Sequence record: SRR31156797_3598
Length of the DNA: 64,000 bases
Strand: one strand, 5' to 3'
The position numbers and the translations under genes are program-made. The notes below the pieces were generated by a model that was not told the origin of the DNA, made no database searches, and saw only the letters and a list, made by a program, of their open reading frames with translations. This document shows, one piece after another, positions 42,194 to 52,387 of this stretch (position 1 is the stretch's first letter; every line of letters starts with the position of its first letter).

Positions 42194-45100
42194 TTTTCAC
42201 CAGCTTTTCCATACCTTCTATGACGTTTCTATCTGGTTTATGGAAATAAATACCTTCGTCACCTGAGCTATTTACCCCACGCATGAAGAGGTAGATGCCG
42301 CCACCAATGTGCTCTTCATAGCTGTATCCAGTCAGAGTTTTCTGAAGGTGCTTATGCAGAGCGAGGGTGTATATGTACATCTGTAGGTAGTAATGACTGC
42401 CGAGCATCTCATCGTGCATCTTTTCAAAGCTGTAGTTTTCGACTGACATGCCCAGGTGATTTGATTTCCAGTCGAGGACATAATATTTTCCGTTTTGAAA
42501 GAAAATGAGGTCTGCGAAGCCATTCATAAAACCTTTAAGTGTGCTGAAGGAAAGAGTGGAAGCTGCTCTGGCAAAATCGCTTAAATCATTATCATGAAAG
42601 AGGTCAGCTATGTCTTTAGCTGAGAAAGGTGCTGTGCTCATCTGGAATTCCATCTCTGAGATATAGTCACCTTCTTTCAGGTTAGCCAGCTTAGCACCTT
42701 GCATTTCTTTATCCAGTATAGATAAGATATTTCCTGCTACGGCAGATGTGTAGTCTGTATCGAAAGAGAAGAGGCTAAGTCTGTTGTAGACGATCTCATT
42801 AAGCTCAATATGATTTACGTTTTCAAAGTGGACATCTTCCATGCACTCATGAAGACAGGTTCCGGTCTTTGCGCCTTTAGGAAAATTAAAAATATCGAAT
42901 TGGTGGACGTGTTTATCGTCACTTTTTTGCGTAAACTGGTCAGTGTCCTTAACAGAGGTTGATGAGTGCACCAGCCTTGAAAAGCTGTTTACCTGCCAAG
43001 CTTGCGGAGTGTGCCCATCGTATATTTTGTTCGAACCGGAAGGATTGGCTGATGCAGTGCTGAATGTTTGGATAACTTGTTCCGGCAGAGTGGTTACTTC
43101 TATCTTGTCAGTTTTAAAATTGTGCAGTTTTACACTGTCAAACTTGCTGTGTTCGCCGTTAATAAGGTAGCTAATGGCAGAGTTATAGTTCTCCTTGCAG
43201 ATTCCCCATGCGGTAAAGCATGCAGATTTTGCTCTTGTGAGAGCAACGTATGCGATACGGACATTTTCTGCATTTTCCTCATGGAGGGAGAGCTCTTTAG
43301 AGTCTTCTGAATCAGTGATGTCCAATATAAACCTTTCATCTATATGGTATTTTGGGTAACTTTTCTGAAGGTTACTCTTTGATTTAAACATCAGAAAAGG
43401 GGAATAGACTATGTTGTATTCGAGACCCTTACTCTTATGTATGGTGATGATTGTAACAGCATTTTCGTCGCTGTCCATCTTGAGCTCTGCCTCGTCATCG
43501 CGAAGTTCGGATGAATTTATCTTATCGGTGAGATACCTGAGAATGTCGTGTGGAGCAGCATTTTTTGATGCTTCGAATTTTTGTACTAGCTCGGCGAGGT
43601 GGATGAAGTTAGTTAGCTTACGTTCTCCGGATTTGAGTGATGCAAGTTTGTTGTAAACCTTTCTGTTATTGAGTAATCTGAAAAACATCGGCGCAAAACC
43701 TTTAAGGTTTATAAGGTCATTATAGCTCCTGAATTCCTCTGCTATATTATCCCATTCGCTTGTTTCTGTAATGTTATAAATTATATCTGCTGTATATCCG
43801 AATGCGGGCGTTGCGAGCGCTGTTTTAACATATGCTTGGTTAAAAGGGGATATTACAGCTTTTAGTATATTGGTCAGTTCAATAGCTTCTTCGCTTGCAA
43901 ATACGGATTCCGAGCCTGAAACAACGGCTGGCACACGGCATTCTGAAAGAGCTTTTTTTACGAGTTTCATCTGTGGATTACTTCTGCAAAGCACTGCTAT
44001 GTCAGATGGTTTTATTTTATTACCGTTAATGGAAGCGTTTCCTGATTCCGATTTGTTCAGAAGTTCTGCTATATGTCTCGCAGTGGATATCGCAACATCT
44101 TCAGCTTTAACGTTTTCTGTTTCCCAAATGGTCACAGGGGGCAGCTTAGCACCGTCTATCTCAACCTTACGGCTAATGTCCGCACCAGTCGAAGGCGAGT
44201 AGTCGATCTGGTCGAGTATGAATGCTTTTTCACCTTTGAAAAAGCTGTTTACAGCATCGACTAGATTAGGGTCTGAACGGAAATTCTTTGTTAAGGTATA
44301 TTGTCTGCTGCTCGATGTCGCTGCTTTTAAATATGCGAAAACATCTGCACCACGAAAAGAATAGATCGCCTGCTTAGGGTCGCCGATCATAAAGAAAGGT
44401 CTTCCCTGTTTGCCGAATACAGTCTCGAAGATGTCATACTGATAAGGATCTGTATCCTGAAATTCATCTATAAGAGCAGCGTGATATTTTCTCTTTATAC
44501 TGGATGTCATTGGGCTGTGTCCGTCGTTTTCTATGACGGAAGCACGCATTCTGCTGATGAGGTCATCATAGGACTGAAGGTCACGCTCACGCTTGTGTTC
44601 TTCGAGAACCTCGTCCATATATTCGCAAAGTTTATACCTGAGTGTTGACATGAAAGAATTTGCAAGGCTTTGGTATTTTTCTTCTTTTTCGTACCAGTCA
44701 GATACAAGATCGAAGAATATATGCCTTATCGCTTCTCCCTTCGCCTTACTCTCTATGCCATCATTAGTTAGCCGGTGAATCTTTTTATTAACTTTCTCAA
44801 GCGGGCAGTGTATTTCGCTGGTTTCTATAAGCCTCTCTAACTCTTTAAATGAGTCGGGGACATTTCTGGAGCTGTATGTTCTGGCATCCAGAGGGAAGTC
44901 TTTACGTTTACTATTAAGCAGTTCTTGCACTTCATCGGCATAGGTTTTATAAGAATCAGCAACCGCTTTGAAGCTGGCCGTTAACTCTTCTGCACATCTG
45001 ATAACGTCATTTTCATCTGTTATTACATCCGGCTCAGGGATTTCGACAGACTGATTGCTCTGCACCTGACGATAGAAATCTATCATCTTATCAGGCGGAA

Positions 45101-45647
45101 AACTGAGCAGCATGGGCATTACAGAGCTGTGTGCCTTGTAGGCATTTAACCGCCAGAAGTTATAGACAGGTTTGCGTATTATCTCTCTGCTGTCCCCAGT
45201 GAGCTCTATGTCGAAAGCTACTTTACCGCTGAATGCACTCTCTTTCAGCATCCTCTGGCAGAAGCTGTGTATGGTAAAAACTGCTGACTGATCGAAGTCT
45301 CTTAAAGCACCTTTTAAGAGTTTTATATCGTTTTCAATCACATCTTCTCTGAGTTTTGCATAGTCTTTTGGAAAAGGGTCGGGGCAGTCGAAAACCTCGC
45401 CCGCTATATGAGCGTTCATTGCTCCGAGTACATCCGAAAGTCTTTGATAAATCTTAGCTTTCAGATCTGAGACAGCGGCATTTGTATAGGTTACAACAAG
45501 GATTGATTCCACAGGGTATTGAAGCTCTGTAATCATCCTTGTGAAGATTGCTGTGATGTTATATGTTTTTCCGGTTCCGGCGTTCGCTTCAATAAGGTTA
45601 GATCCGGAGAGCGGTGCATTAAGAGGGTTGAATTCAGTTTTTTCCAT
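42186..45647 (-). CDS. recB: Exodeoxyribonuclease V beta subunit
   Basis: IEANAGTGKT, DEFQDTD, GDPKQAIY, nuclease GFADL...DWKSN. Confidence 0.96.
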   Translation of the reverse strand: MEKTEFNPLNAPLSGSNLIEANAGTGKTYNITAIFTRMITELQYPVESILVVTYTNAAVSDLKAKIYQRLSDVLGAMNAHIAGEVFDCPDPFPKDYAKLREDVIENDIKLLKGALRDFDQSAVFTIHSFCQRMLKESAFSGKVAFDIELTGDSREIIRKPVYNFWRLNAYKAHSSVMPMLLSFPPDKMIDFYRQVQSNQSVEIPEPDVITDENDVIRCAEELTASFKAVADSYKTYADEVQELLNSKRKDFPLDARTYSSRNVPDSFKELERLIETSEIHCPLEKVNKKIHRLTNDGIESKAKGEAIRHIFFDLVSDWYEKEEKYQSLANSFMSTLRYKLCEYMDEVLEEHKRERDLQSYDDLISRMRASVIENDGHSPMTSSIKRKYHAALIDEFQDTDPYQYDIFETVFGKQGRPFFMIGDPKQAIYSFRGADVFAYLKAATSSSRQYTLTKNFRSDPNLVDAVNSFFKGEKAFILDQIDYSPSTGADISRKVEIDGAKLPPVTIWETENVKAEDVAISTARHIAELLNKSESGNASINGNKIKPSDIAVLCRSNPQMKLVKKALSECRVPAVVSGSESVFASEEAIELTNILKAVISPFNQAYVKTALATPAFGYTADIIYNITETSEWDNIAEEFRSYNDLINLKGFAPMFFRLLNNRKVYNKLASLKSGERKLTNFIHLAELVQKFEASKNAAPHDILRYLTDKINSSELRDDEAELKMDSDENAVTIITIHKSKGLEYNIVYSPFLMFKSKSNLQKSYPKYHIDERFILDITDSEDSKELSLHEENAENVRIAYVALTRAKSACFTAWGICKENYNSAISYLINGEHSKFDSVKLHNFKTDKIEVTTLPEQVIQTFSTASANPSGSNKIYDGHTPQAWQVNSFSRLVHSSTSVKDTDQFTQKSDDKHVHQFDIFNFPKGAKTGTCLHECMEDVHFENVNHIELNEIVYNRLSLFSFDTDYTSAVAGNILSILDKEMQGAKLANLKEGDYISEMEFQMSTAPFSAKDIADLFHDNDLSDFARAASTLSFSTLKGFMNGFADLIFFQNGKYYVLDWKSNHLGMSVENYSFEKMHDEMLGSHYYLQMYIYTLALHKHLQKTLTGYSYEEHIGGGIYLFMRGVNSSGDEGIYFHKPDRNVIEGMEKLVKND

Positions 45648-48600
45648 TCTGCCCCTCCATATGTTTATATAGTCCCTTAAGTAGTTTATCTGTATCGTTC
45701 ATGTCTATGTATAAATTATCTCCGAAGCATATTCTACTTGAATAATTACTAGCGAGATTGCTGTTTTTGTCCTCTTTTATCCCTTTAGGTTTTTTGAAAA
45801 CTTCTACGCCGTCAGTGATATGAAACTGCTGTGGTTTTCTGTAGACTTCTTTGAAGTTTCTAACCAGCTCAGTAAGTAGTGAGCTGTCAGCGGGTGCAAG
45901 CTCAAATGAGCTCTCGGTTCCTATCAGTGTTGTGTGCGTGGGCTCTCCATGATTCAGTAGGAGGTGTCTTATCCACCCTCTGATTAAGTCTTTTGCCTTA
46001 AGTGTGGACGGTTTGACGTATGTGTACTGACCGCCGTAAATTCCGTTAATCGTACCAGTGATTGTGATGTCTTCTATTGTGATTTCGATATCTCTTTTTT
46101 CAGGTGTCCCGCTTAGGGTTTCCTGAACTTTTTCAGCTAGTTGCGCACTCGCTTTGTCTGTTTCGGCCATATGGTAAACCCCAAGCTCCTCTGGCGGTAG
46201 CTGAGCTGTATTATATAGATACTCCAGTGTGCCTGAAGGCGAATCACCAGACAGGTTTTCACTGAGTGCATCATCTATCAGCTTGTATTTCATGAGTGGA
46301 TCTACCTGCATAACTTCGGTTTCAGGGAATACATTTTCAGATGTATCCGGTCTGAGCCCGAGGACAGTTTTAATAAAATAATCAGGCGGACTGATCATAA
46401 ATCTTTCAAGTTCAGATATACTTATAGCTTCAGGGATCTCAGCTTTGGTGTCGTTTTCTGTAAACGTAAGCGGTCGCCTCTCACCAGAGAAATCTAAACA
46501 TGTCTGAAATCTCTCAGCGGAATAAGTGAATAGCTCACCGCCTGAGAAGTAATCTTTGGAAAAGCTGTGCAGTTTATGTTTTCTAATAATACTATCTATA
46601 CCGAATCTCGTTTTTATATGGTTAGTAAGCTCGGTAATCAGTGTGGATGGTGGAAGCTCAGAGTTATCCTTCTGGCTTTGCCCGATGTAGCTGAGTATTA
46701 GCTTTTTCTTAGCAGAGATAAGGGTTTCGAGAAATAAGTACCTGTCGCTGTCTCTGTTATTCCTGTCGCCTGCTTTCGGTTTTTTCGCCATCAGGTCAAA
46801 TTCAAGTGATGATTTCTGCCTTGGGAAAGTATTTTCATCCAGCCCTGCGACGCATATTACATCGAACGGGATGCTTCGCATTGGGAGCATAGCACAGAAG
46901 GTGACTTTTCCGGAGATAAAGCCTTTCGCTCCTTTTGTTTCGGAGAGGACTTCTGTAATCCTTTCAAGTAGCGGGTCAACAGGCACAGAGAGGGTGAAGT
47001 TGCCCTTTTCAGCCTCTGAGTTTATGTCGGCTATGCACTTGTTAAGATACAGGATGTCGTCTACATTATCTCTTGTTTCGTTAATGAAAGCTTCTGATAT
47101 GTCAATCATCACTGCGCACCAGTCAGGTATGTTCATCTTCTCTTTCAGCTTTTTAGAAAAATACGAAGCGAGATGAGCGAAATGCATTAAGCCGCCTAAC
47201 TGCTCAGAAAGTGAGAAAGGGACGTGCATGGCTGCCGTGTCGTTATATCTGTTTCCTGTGTCTCCCTCTGCAAGACCTAGAGCTGTGCGCCTGAGTGCTT
47301 TCTCCCATGTGAAGGAGTCGTTTATGTCAAGCCCATGCTCTTGTAAGTGTTCCTTATCGTAGCCCCAGAAAGCTCCTGAGCTGTGGAGTACCTCTGCCAA
47401 TGTTTGCAGGTTTGACGGAGCTATGCCGAATTTTTCTGAGATGTCATCGAATGAGAGCAGTCTGACAACATCCGCAAGTGAGAAATCGCCCCTCAGGGTG
47501 CTGATCAGCTCAAGAAAAAGGCTTGCAGGTTTACTGCTCCCTTTTTCAGATATGTCAGCGATAGAGTATGGAATACGCTCTTTTTCGCTGTACGGGTTGT
47601 CGAAAACCGCTTTTATATATGGTGAGTATTTCTCTATATCAGTTGTCATTACAAGTATATCTGATGGTTTTAACTTATTGTCAGAGTTAAATGTATTCAG
47701 TAGCTGGTCGTATAGGGCTTCCATCTCCCGAAGAGGGTTGTGGCAGTTGTTGATCACGATCGAGTCGTCGTTATCAAAGATAAGTTTGCTGTATTCAAGG
47801 TCGAGAATTTCAGCTTGTATAGTGTTTAATACGGTTGTTTTTTCAAGGTCGTAAAAGTCCTGTTCGTCGGTGAATTCTTCGTCAGAACCGAAGATGTGAT
47901 CAAAGAAATCACGTCCTATTACGCCAAGGTTATCAAGGAGTTCGTGTTTTTCTTCAATATATAGTGCTTCAGCGGATTTCTGGTGAATCTTCTCCAGCCT
48001 GCGTTTCTCCCTGATAGTTTTGCTATCCCCCCAGTAGCCCCTTGTCGGGCTTAAGAGGTAGAAATATATATCGGTATATTTTGATGCAGCCCGGAGCATC
48101 TCTATAAAGAAGTTAGGCATTACGCTTATGCCGAAAATGTGTATAGGGCTCTTAAGCATCCTCTTGTCAGCTTTGCCTCTGTAGCAGTCTTTGATGAATT
48201 TATGGAAGACATTTGTTTTGCACTTAGAGCTATTTGTGAATATGCTGTTGAGCATCTCCACCTGCCAGAAGTCACGCTCTTCTTTCGGTATATTTTCACT
48301 ATTTGGCTTCAGCCAGTCCATAACCATCTCTGGACGATAAATCTGATACTGGTCGAAAACATCGGCTATCCTTCTTGCGAGCCTGAGAGCTTTTGTTCCG
48401 GTTTTATCATCTTCAAGATAACTTCTGATCTGCTGATAAACGGGTGTCTCAGGAAGTGTAAGGAGTTTATCAAACACGCTCCAGACAAGCTCCTGTTTCT
48501 CAAGCCATGATGATGCTTCACCAGCTTTTACCCCAGCAAGCCTTTTCATAAGTGCACCCGGAAAGATGAAGTCGAGGTTTGCGCTTATGCCGGTAAACTC

Positions 48601-48750
48601 AGCCAGCTTAAGACCTATCCACCTTTGCATACCGGGGGTTTGGATGCAGATAGGGATTTTTGCGAGCGGTGAAGTTTCGCCCGAACAGATATTACTATCC
48701 ATCTGTCTTAGAAGGCTATCTAGTTTGTTTCCGGTATATATCTTAAGCAT
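45634..48750 (-). CDS. recC: Exodeoxyribonuclease V gamma subunit
   Basis: FDQYQIYRP, CHNPLREME, PMRSIPF, DRYLFLE. Confidence 0.95.
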   Translation of the reverse strand: MLKIYTGNKLDSLLRQMDSNICSGETSPLAKIPICIQTPGMQRWIGLKLAEFTGISANLDFIFPGALMKRLAGVKAGEASSWLEKQELVWSVFDKLLTLPETPVYQQIRSYLEDDKTGTKALRLARRIADVFDQYQIYRPEMVMDWLKPNSENIPKEERDFWQVEMLNSIFTNSSKCKTNVFHKFIKDCYRGKADKRMLKSPIHIFGISVMPNFFIEMLRAASKYTDIYFYLLSPTRGYWGDSKTIREKRRLEKIHQKSAEALYIEEKHELLDNLGVIGRDFFDHIFGSDEEFTDEQDFYDLEKTTVLNTIQAEILDLEYSKLIFDNDDSIVINNCHNPLREMEALYDQLLNTFNSDNKLKPSDILVMTTDIEKYSPYIKAVFDNPYSEKERIPYSIADISEKGSSKPASLFLELISTLRGDFSLADVVRLLSFDDISEKFGIAPSNLQTLAEVLHSSGAFWGYDKEHLQEHGLDINDSFTWEKALRRTALGLAEGDTGNRYNDTAAMHVPFSLSEQLGGLMHFAHLASYFSKKLKEKMNIPDWCAVMIDISEAFINETRDNVDDILYLNKCIADINSEAEKGNFTLSVPVDPLLERITEVLSETKGAKGFISGKVTFCAMLPMRSIPFDVICVAGLDENTFPRQKSSLEFDLMAKKPKAGDRNNRDSDRYLFLETLISAKKKLILSYIGQSQKDNSELPPSTLITELTNHIKTRFGIDSIIRKHKLHSFSKDYFSGGELFTYSAERFQTCLDFSGERRPLTFTENDTKAEIPEAISISELERFMISPPDYFIKTVLGLRPDTSENVFPETEVMQVDPLMKYKLIDDALSENLSGDSPSGTLEYLYNTAQLPPEELGVYHMAETDKASAQLAEKVQETLSGTPEKRDIEITIEDITITGTINGIYGGQYTYVKPSTLKAKDLIRGWIRHLLLNHGEPTHTTLIGTESSFELAPADSSLLTELVRNFKEVYRKPQQFHITDGVEVFKKPKGIKEDKNSNLASNYSSRICFGDNLYIDMNDTDKLLKGLYKHMEGQNGKN

Positions 48751-48867
48751 GCTTGATTATAGTATGTGAAGCAGTTTATGAAAAGCTTAACAATTACTTT
48801 TTGTAGTCGATTATATATATGAAGTTTGTTACACTAATCGGAATTTAATTCAGGGAAAAGAATCCAG

Positions 48868-50556
48868 ATGATTGAAAAAGTAGGCACTGAAAAACTTTTT
48901 GAAAATCCGTTCATCGGAATAGTCGTTGTAAACCCGTTGGGTAAGATAATAAAGCTTAACTCTAAAATGGAGTCTATGACCGGCTATGGTGCTAAAGAGC
49001 TTGAGGGCTTGTGTCTTGATTCTCTGGTGCATGATGACTATAAAGAAGACCTTTATTCCAGCTGTAAACACATGCCGGGGCAGCGTAGAAATGTTTCCGG
49101 TGTTTTTGTTAAATTTCTAGAAAAAGACCAGTCGTATGCAGAATATATAATCAATATCAGCAATATAAATGATGAGCTTGGGCAGATAGTCGGGCACGTC
49201 TTATACTTCGAACAATATTCAGGTGAAAGCCTCTCCAGAAGCTATGTCGATGAGAACGGTGACACTAAATGGATCGCCATTCAGGACAAAGACCAGAAGG
49301 AAGAGTTTTTGTGCAATATCTTTCACGGGATACAGGATTCTATCATTATCATGGACATTGCAGGCAATGTAGTAAGCTATAACATGAAGGCGATGGAGCT
49401 TCTTGACGTTACTTTCGAGCAGATCAGTGAAATAGGCAACCTGTCAAACATCTCTCCTGATGACGGAAATATGAAGGCTGTCAAAAAGTTTCTCAAAGAT
49501 GCCTACGCAGGGACCGACCAGTTTTTCACCTGGCAGCTTAAAAAACCATTTAACTGCGAAGTGATAGATGTTGAGGTGTTTGTTACCAAGATTAATAAGA
49601 TGGGTGACGATGTTCTGCTTGCAACTATCAGAGACGTAACGGATAAAAAGAAGATAGAAGATGAGCTTAAAGATTCTGAAAACAGGTACAGACAGCTTGT
49701 TGAACACTCTCCTGACGGGATTGTTATTCATAAAAAAGGTACTATAAGATATGTGAATCCTGCGGCTACAGCCATCCTCGGCGGTGCAAAGGAGGAAGAT
49801 CTGCTCGGTACTGAGGTTACCTCTTACTTTCCGGAGGAGAAGCGGGAAGCTACCGAAGAGCGCCTGAAAGATTTATATGAAAACAACGTGTCAATGCCTC
49901 TTGTTGAATCGGAGATGGTCAGGCTTGACGGTGTTGCTATAAGCGTTGAGTTTGCTGCCATGCCTTTCAGTTATGATGGTACAACCGCTGTTCAGGTTGT
50001 TATAAGAGACGTCACAGAGAAGAAGAAACACGAGCAGTATATAAGGTATCTGGCTCTCCACGATAAACTAACAGGACTCGCAAACAGAGAGCTTCTCTCT
50101 GACAGGATAGACAGTGCGGCTGAGCGCAGGAAGCGTGATGAGCAGAAGAATGCGATTATCTATCTTGACCTTGATGAGTTTAAGCCGATTAATGACACAA
50201 TGGGGCATGACGCTGGCGATGAAGCTCTTATAGAGATAGGTCGCAGGCTGGAAAATGCTATCAGAGGCAGTGATACCGCAGCGAGAATTGGCGGAGATGA
50301 ATTTGTTGTACTGATCGAAGGTGTTAAGACCAATCAGGAGGTCTCCATTGTAGCGGGCAGAATCATTGAGAGCATTAATGCTCCTCTGCGTGTGGGGAAA
50401 CATGTTTTTCATGTTGGAGTGAGCATGGGTATAAGTGTCTATCCTGACAACACTACTGACCATAGCGAGCTGCTTACTATGGCTGATAAAGCTATGTATC
50501 ACGTTAAAGAGACAGGTAAAAATCGTTTCGTTTACTTTGCAGAAGTATTTAAGTAA
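48868..50556 (+). CDS. PAS-domain diguanylate cyclase
   Basis: Three PAS-like repeats, HDKLTGL, RxxD I-site (RGSD), intact GGDEF. Confidence 0.93.
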   Translation: MIEKVGTEKLFENPFIGIVVVNPLGKIIKLNSKMESMTGYGAKELEGLCLDSLVHDDYKEDLYSSCKHMPGQRRNVSGVFVKFLEKDQSYAEYIINISNINDELGQIVGHVLYFEQYSGESLSRSYVDENGDTKWIAIQDKDQKEEFLCNIFHGIQDSIIIMDIAGNVVSYNMKAMELLDVTFEQISEIGNLSNISPDDGNMKAVKKFLKDAYAGTDQFFTWQLKKPFNCEVIDVEVFVTKINKMGDDVLLATIRDVTDKKKIEDELKDSENRYRQLVEHSPDGIVIHKKGTIRYVNPAATAILGGAKEEDLLGTEVTSYFPEEKREATEERLKDLYENNVSMPLVESEMVRLDGVAISVEFAAMPFSYDGTTAVQVVIRDVTEKKKHEQYIRYLALHDKLTGLANRELLSDRIDSAAERRKRDEQKNAIIYLDLDEFKPINDTMGHDAGDEALIEIGRRLENAIRGSDTAARIGGDEFVVLIEGVKTNQEVSIVAGRIIESINAPLRVGKHVFHVGVSMGISVYPDNTTDHSELLTMADKAMYHVKETGKNRFVYFAEVFK

Positions 50557-50610
50557 ATTTCCTTTTCAATTTCATTTCTTATTTCATAGAAACTGTCCTA
50601 TTATATACGT

Positions 50611-51060
50611 ATGGGAAAAACATACGATATTGCTGACAATCTTGTCAAAACTGCATGCAGCTTAAAATACGACGACTATGACGCCAAGGATAAAGTGCTG
50701 GAATACGCCGGTAAGCTTATATCTGAAGAATTTGGTGCGTCGTGTGTATACATGCAGAAACTTGGGCTTATTGTCTTTTCACCGAAAGACAGTGCAATTT
50801 ACGGCTCTTTGGGCGCAAGCGAAGCTCACATTAAACGCTCCGTTTTCGAAAGCGGTGTGGAGAAGCTTGTGGAGCTTCTGGAAGAGGTTCGTGATGCCAT
50901 CGGCGGTACGGTGAGCGGCGGGGATAAGGTTATCATAGTTCAGGCGAAAGATAGGGTGAGTGCATCGAGGATAAGCTCACATATCAAAGCTAAAGGGTAT
51001 GACCCTGTCATAATTAAAGATAGTGATGATTGGCACAAGATATTAGACGAAATACTTTGA
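50611..51060 (+). CDS. Hypothetical protein
   Basis: 149-aa ORF filling the intergenic space, 10 bp upstream of the next gene. Confidence 0.7.
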   Translation: MGKTYDIADNLVKTACSLKYDDYDAKDKVLEYAGKLISEEFGASCVYMQKLGLIVFSPKDSAIYGSLGASEAHIKRSVFESGVEKLVELLEEVRDAIGGTVSGGDKVIIVQAKDRVSASRISSHIKAKGYDPVIIKDSDDWHKILDEIL

Positions 51061-51070
51061 GAGGATAGAT

Positions 51071-52351
51071 ATGTTTAGATATTTGGCTGTTTTTGTGATG
51101 ATGGTTTTCATAGCTGGCTGCGCCGGCGGGGTCGTAGTTAAGACTGACCCGGCAGAAGGTGTGAAGGCTTTCGCTTTTGTAGATGGAAAAGTTGTCGAAG
51201 TAGCTGGTGAAATGTTTACCGTTCAGGTTGATTTGAACCTGCTGAAAGACGGGATGAACTTTAACCAGCGGGTCGCTGCGAAGATTACTGAAAAGGCTTT
51301 CCTGCTGGAGAATATGAAGACACGCATCAACGGCAAGGAAGCGACTGTAATTGAGAAACGAGGCAATATATATATATTCGCAGGAAATATTAAGGGGCTT
51401 AAAGCAGGTCAGATTGTTAAGATTTTTGTTCCTAAAAAAACACTTGCTGTGAGCAGTTTTAAGGCTCTTAAAAATAATAAAGCAGAGGGCGACATATGGC
51501 TTGAGGGGTTGACTACTGAGATGGTTAATACAGGTCAGTTTAATGTAGTCGAGAGGAGCAAGCTTGGCGCTATTATGAGTGAGCTTAAGCTTGAACTTTC
51601 AGGGCTGACAGATTCTGGGCAGGCATCTAAAGTTGGTAAACTGCTTAACGCCGACATAATCCTCACGGGATCTATGGCGGATATGGGCGGCTACTGGAAT
51701 GCTAATCTCAGGCTTGTAAATACAGCGACATCGGTTATCCTCATAGCTATCAATGACAGGGTTACTTATGCTGAGTTTAAACCGGATTCTCTGCGTGATT
51801 CCAGCCCGATGAATGCTACATTCGAAGACGGTAAACCAGCAGGTTGGAACGTCGGCTTTAAAGAGCGTGGCGGCTTTCAGCGTGAAACATACATAGATGA
51901 CACAACTGGTGCTAACGGCACATCTAAAAGCATGAAGACAACTTTCACCATACTTAAGAGAAAGGGTAAGATGTCTCTGGCTAACTCTAAAGACAGGGAC
52001 TTCAGCAGGTATAAGGGTGTGGAGTTCTATGCTAAAGCTGACAGACGATTTAATATAAAATTCAGGCTGGTTGATGAAAATAGAGATAATCCTCACGCCG
52101 TAGACAAGTTTCAAACAAATACAAGACTCACCACAGAGTGGAAGAAATACAGGTTTGAGTTTGCTGACCTTCGCTATAAGAAACCGAGAGACGGTGAGGG
52201 GGCAGATCAGATGAAAAAAGGCGATACGGTTCTTTCGCTGGACCTTATCAGAGATGTACTCTTCTTCTTCAGCCCGACGCAGACGCCGCCTATTAACGGC
52301 AAGCCGGTTATGGACGGGACATTCTGGGTGGATGAAATTAAATTTTTCTGA
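51071..52351 (+). CDS. Lipoprotein with CsgG/HfaB-like domain and CBM11/CIA30-like C-terminal domain
   Basis: Lipobox IAGC; FNVVERSKL...VGKLLNADIILTGS; DFSRYKGVEFYAK...EWKKY...FWVDEIKF. Confidence 0.75.
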   Translation: MFRYLAVFVMMVFIAGCAGGVVVKTDPAEGVKAFAFVDGKVVEVAGEMFTVQVDLNLLKDGMNFNQRVAAKITEKAFLLENMKTRINGKEATVIEKRGNIYIFAGNIKGLKAGQIVKIFVPKKTLAVSSFKALKNNKAEGDIWLEGLTTEMVNTGQFNVVERSKLGAIMSELKLELSGLTDSGQASKVGKLLNADIILTGSMADMGGYWNANLRLVNTATSVILIAINDRVTYAEFKPDSLRDSSPMNATFEDGKPAGWNVGFKERGGFQRETYIDDTTGANGTSKSMKTTFTILKRKGKMSLANSKDRDFSRYKGVEFYAKADRRFNIKFRLVDENRDNPHAVDKFQTNTRLTTEWKKYRFEFADLRYKKPRDGEGADQMKKGDTVLSLDLIRDVLFFFSPTQTPPINGKPVMDGTFWVDEIKFF

Positions 52352-52360
52352 ATATCGACA

Positions 52361-52387
52361 AGGGGGGCTAAATGCTCCCCTTTTTTA
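52361..52387 (+). terminator. Rho-independent terminator
   Basis: AGGGGGGC-TAAAT-GCTCCCCT followed by a T tract. Confidence 0.7.
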
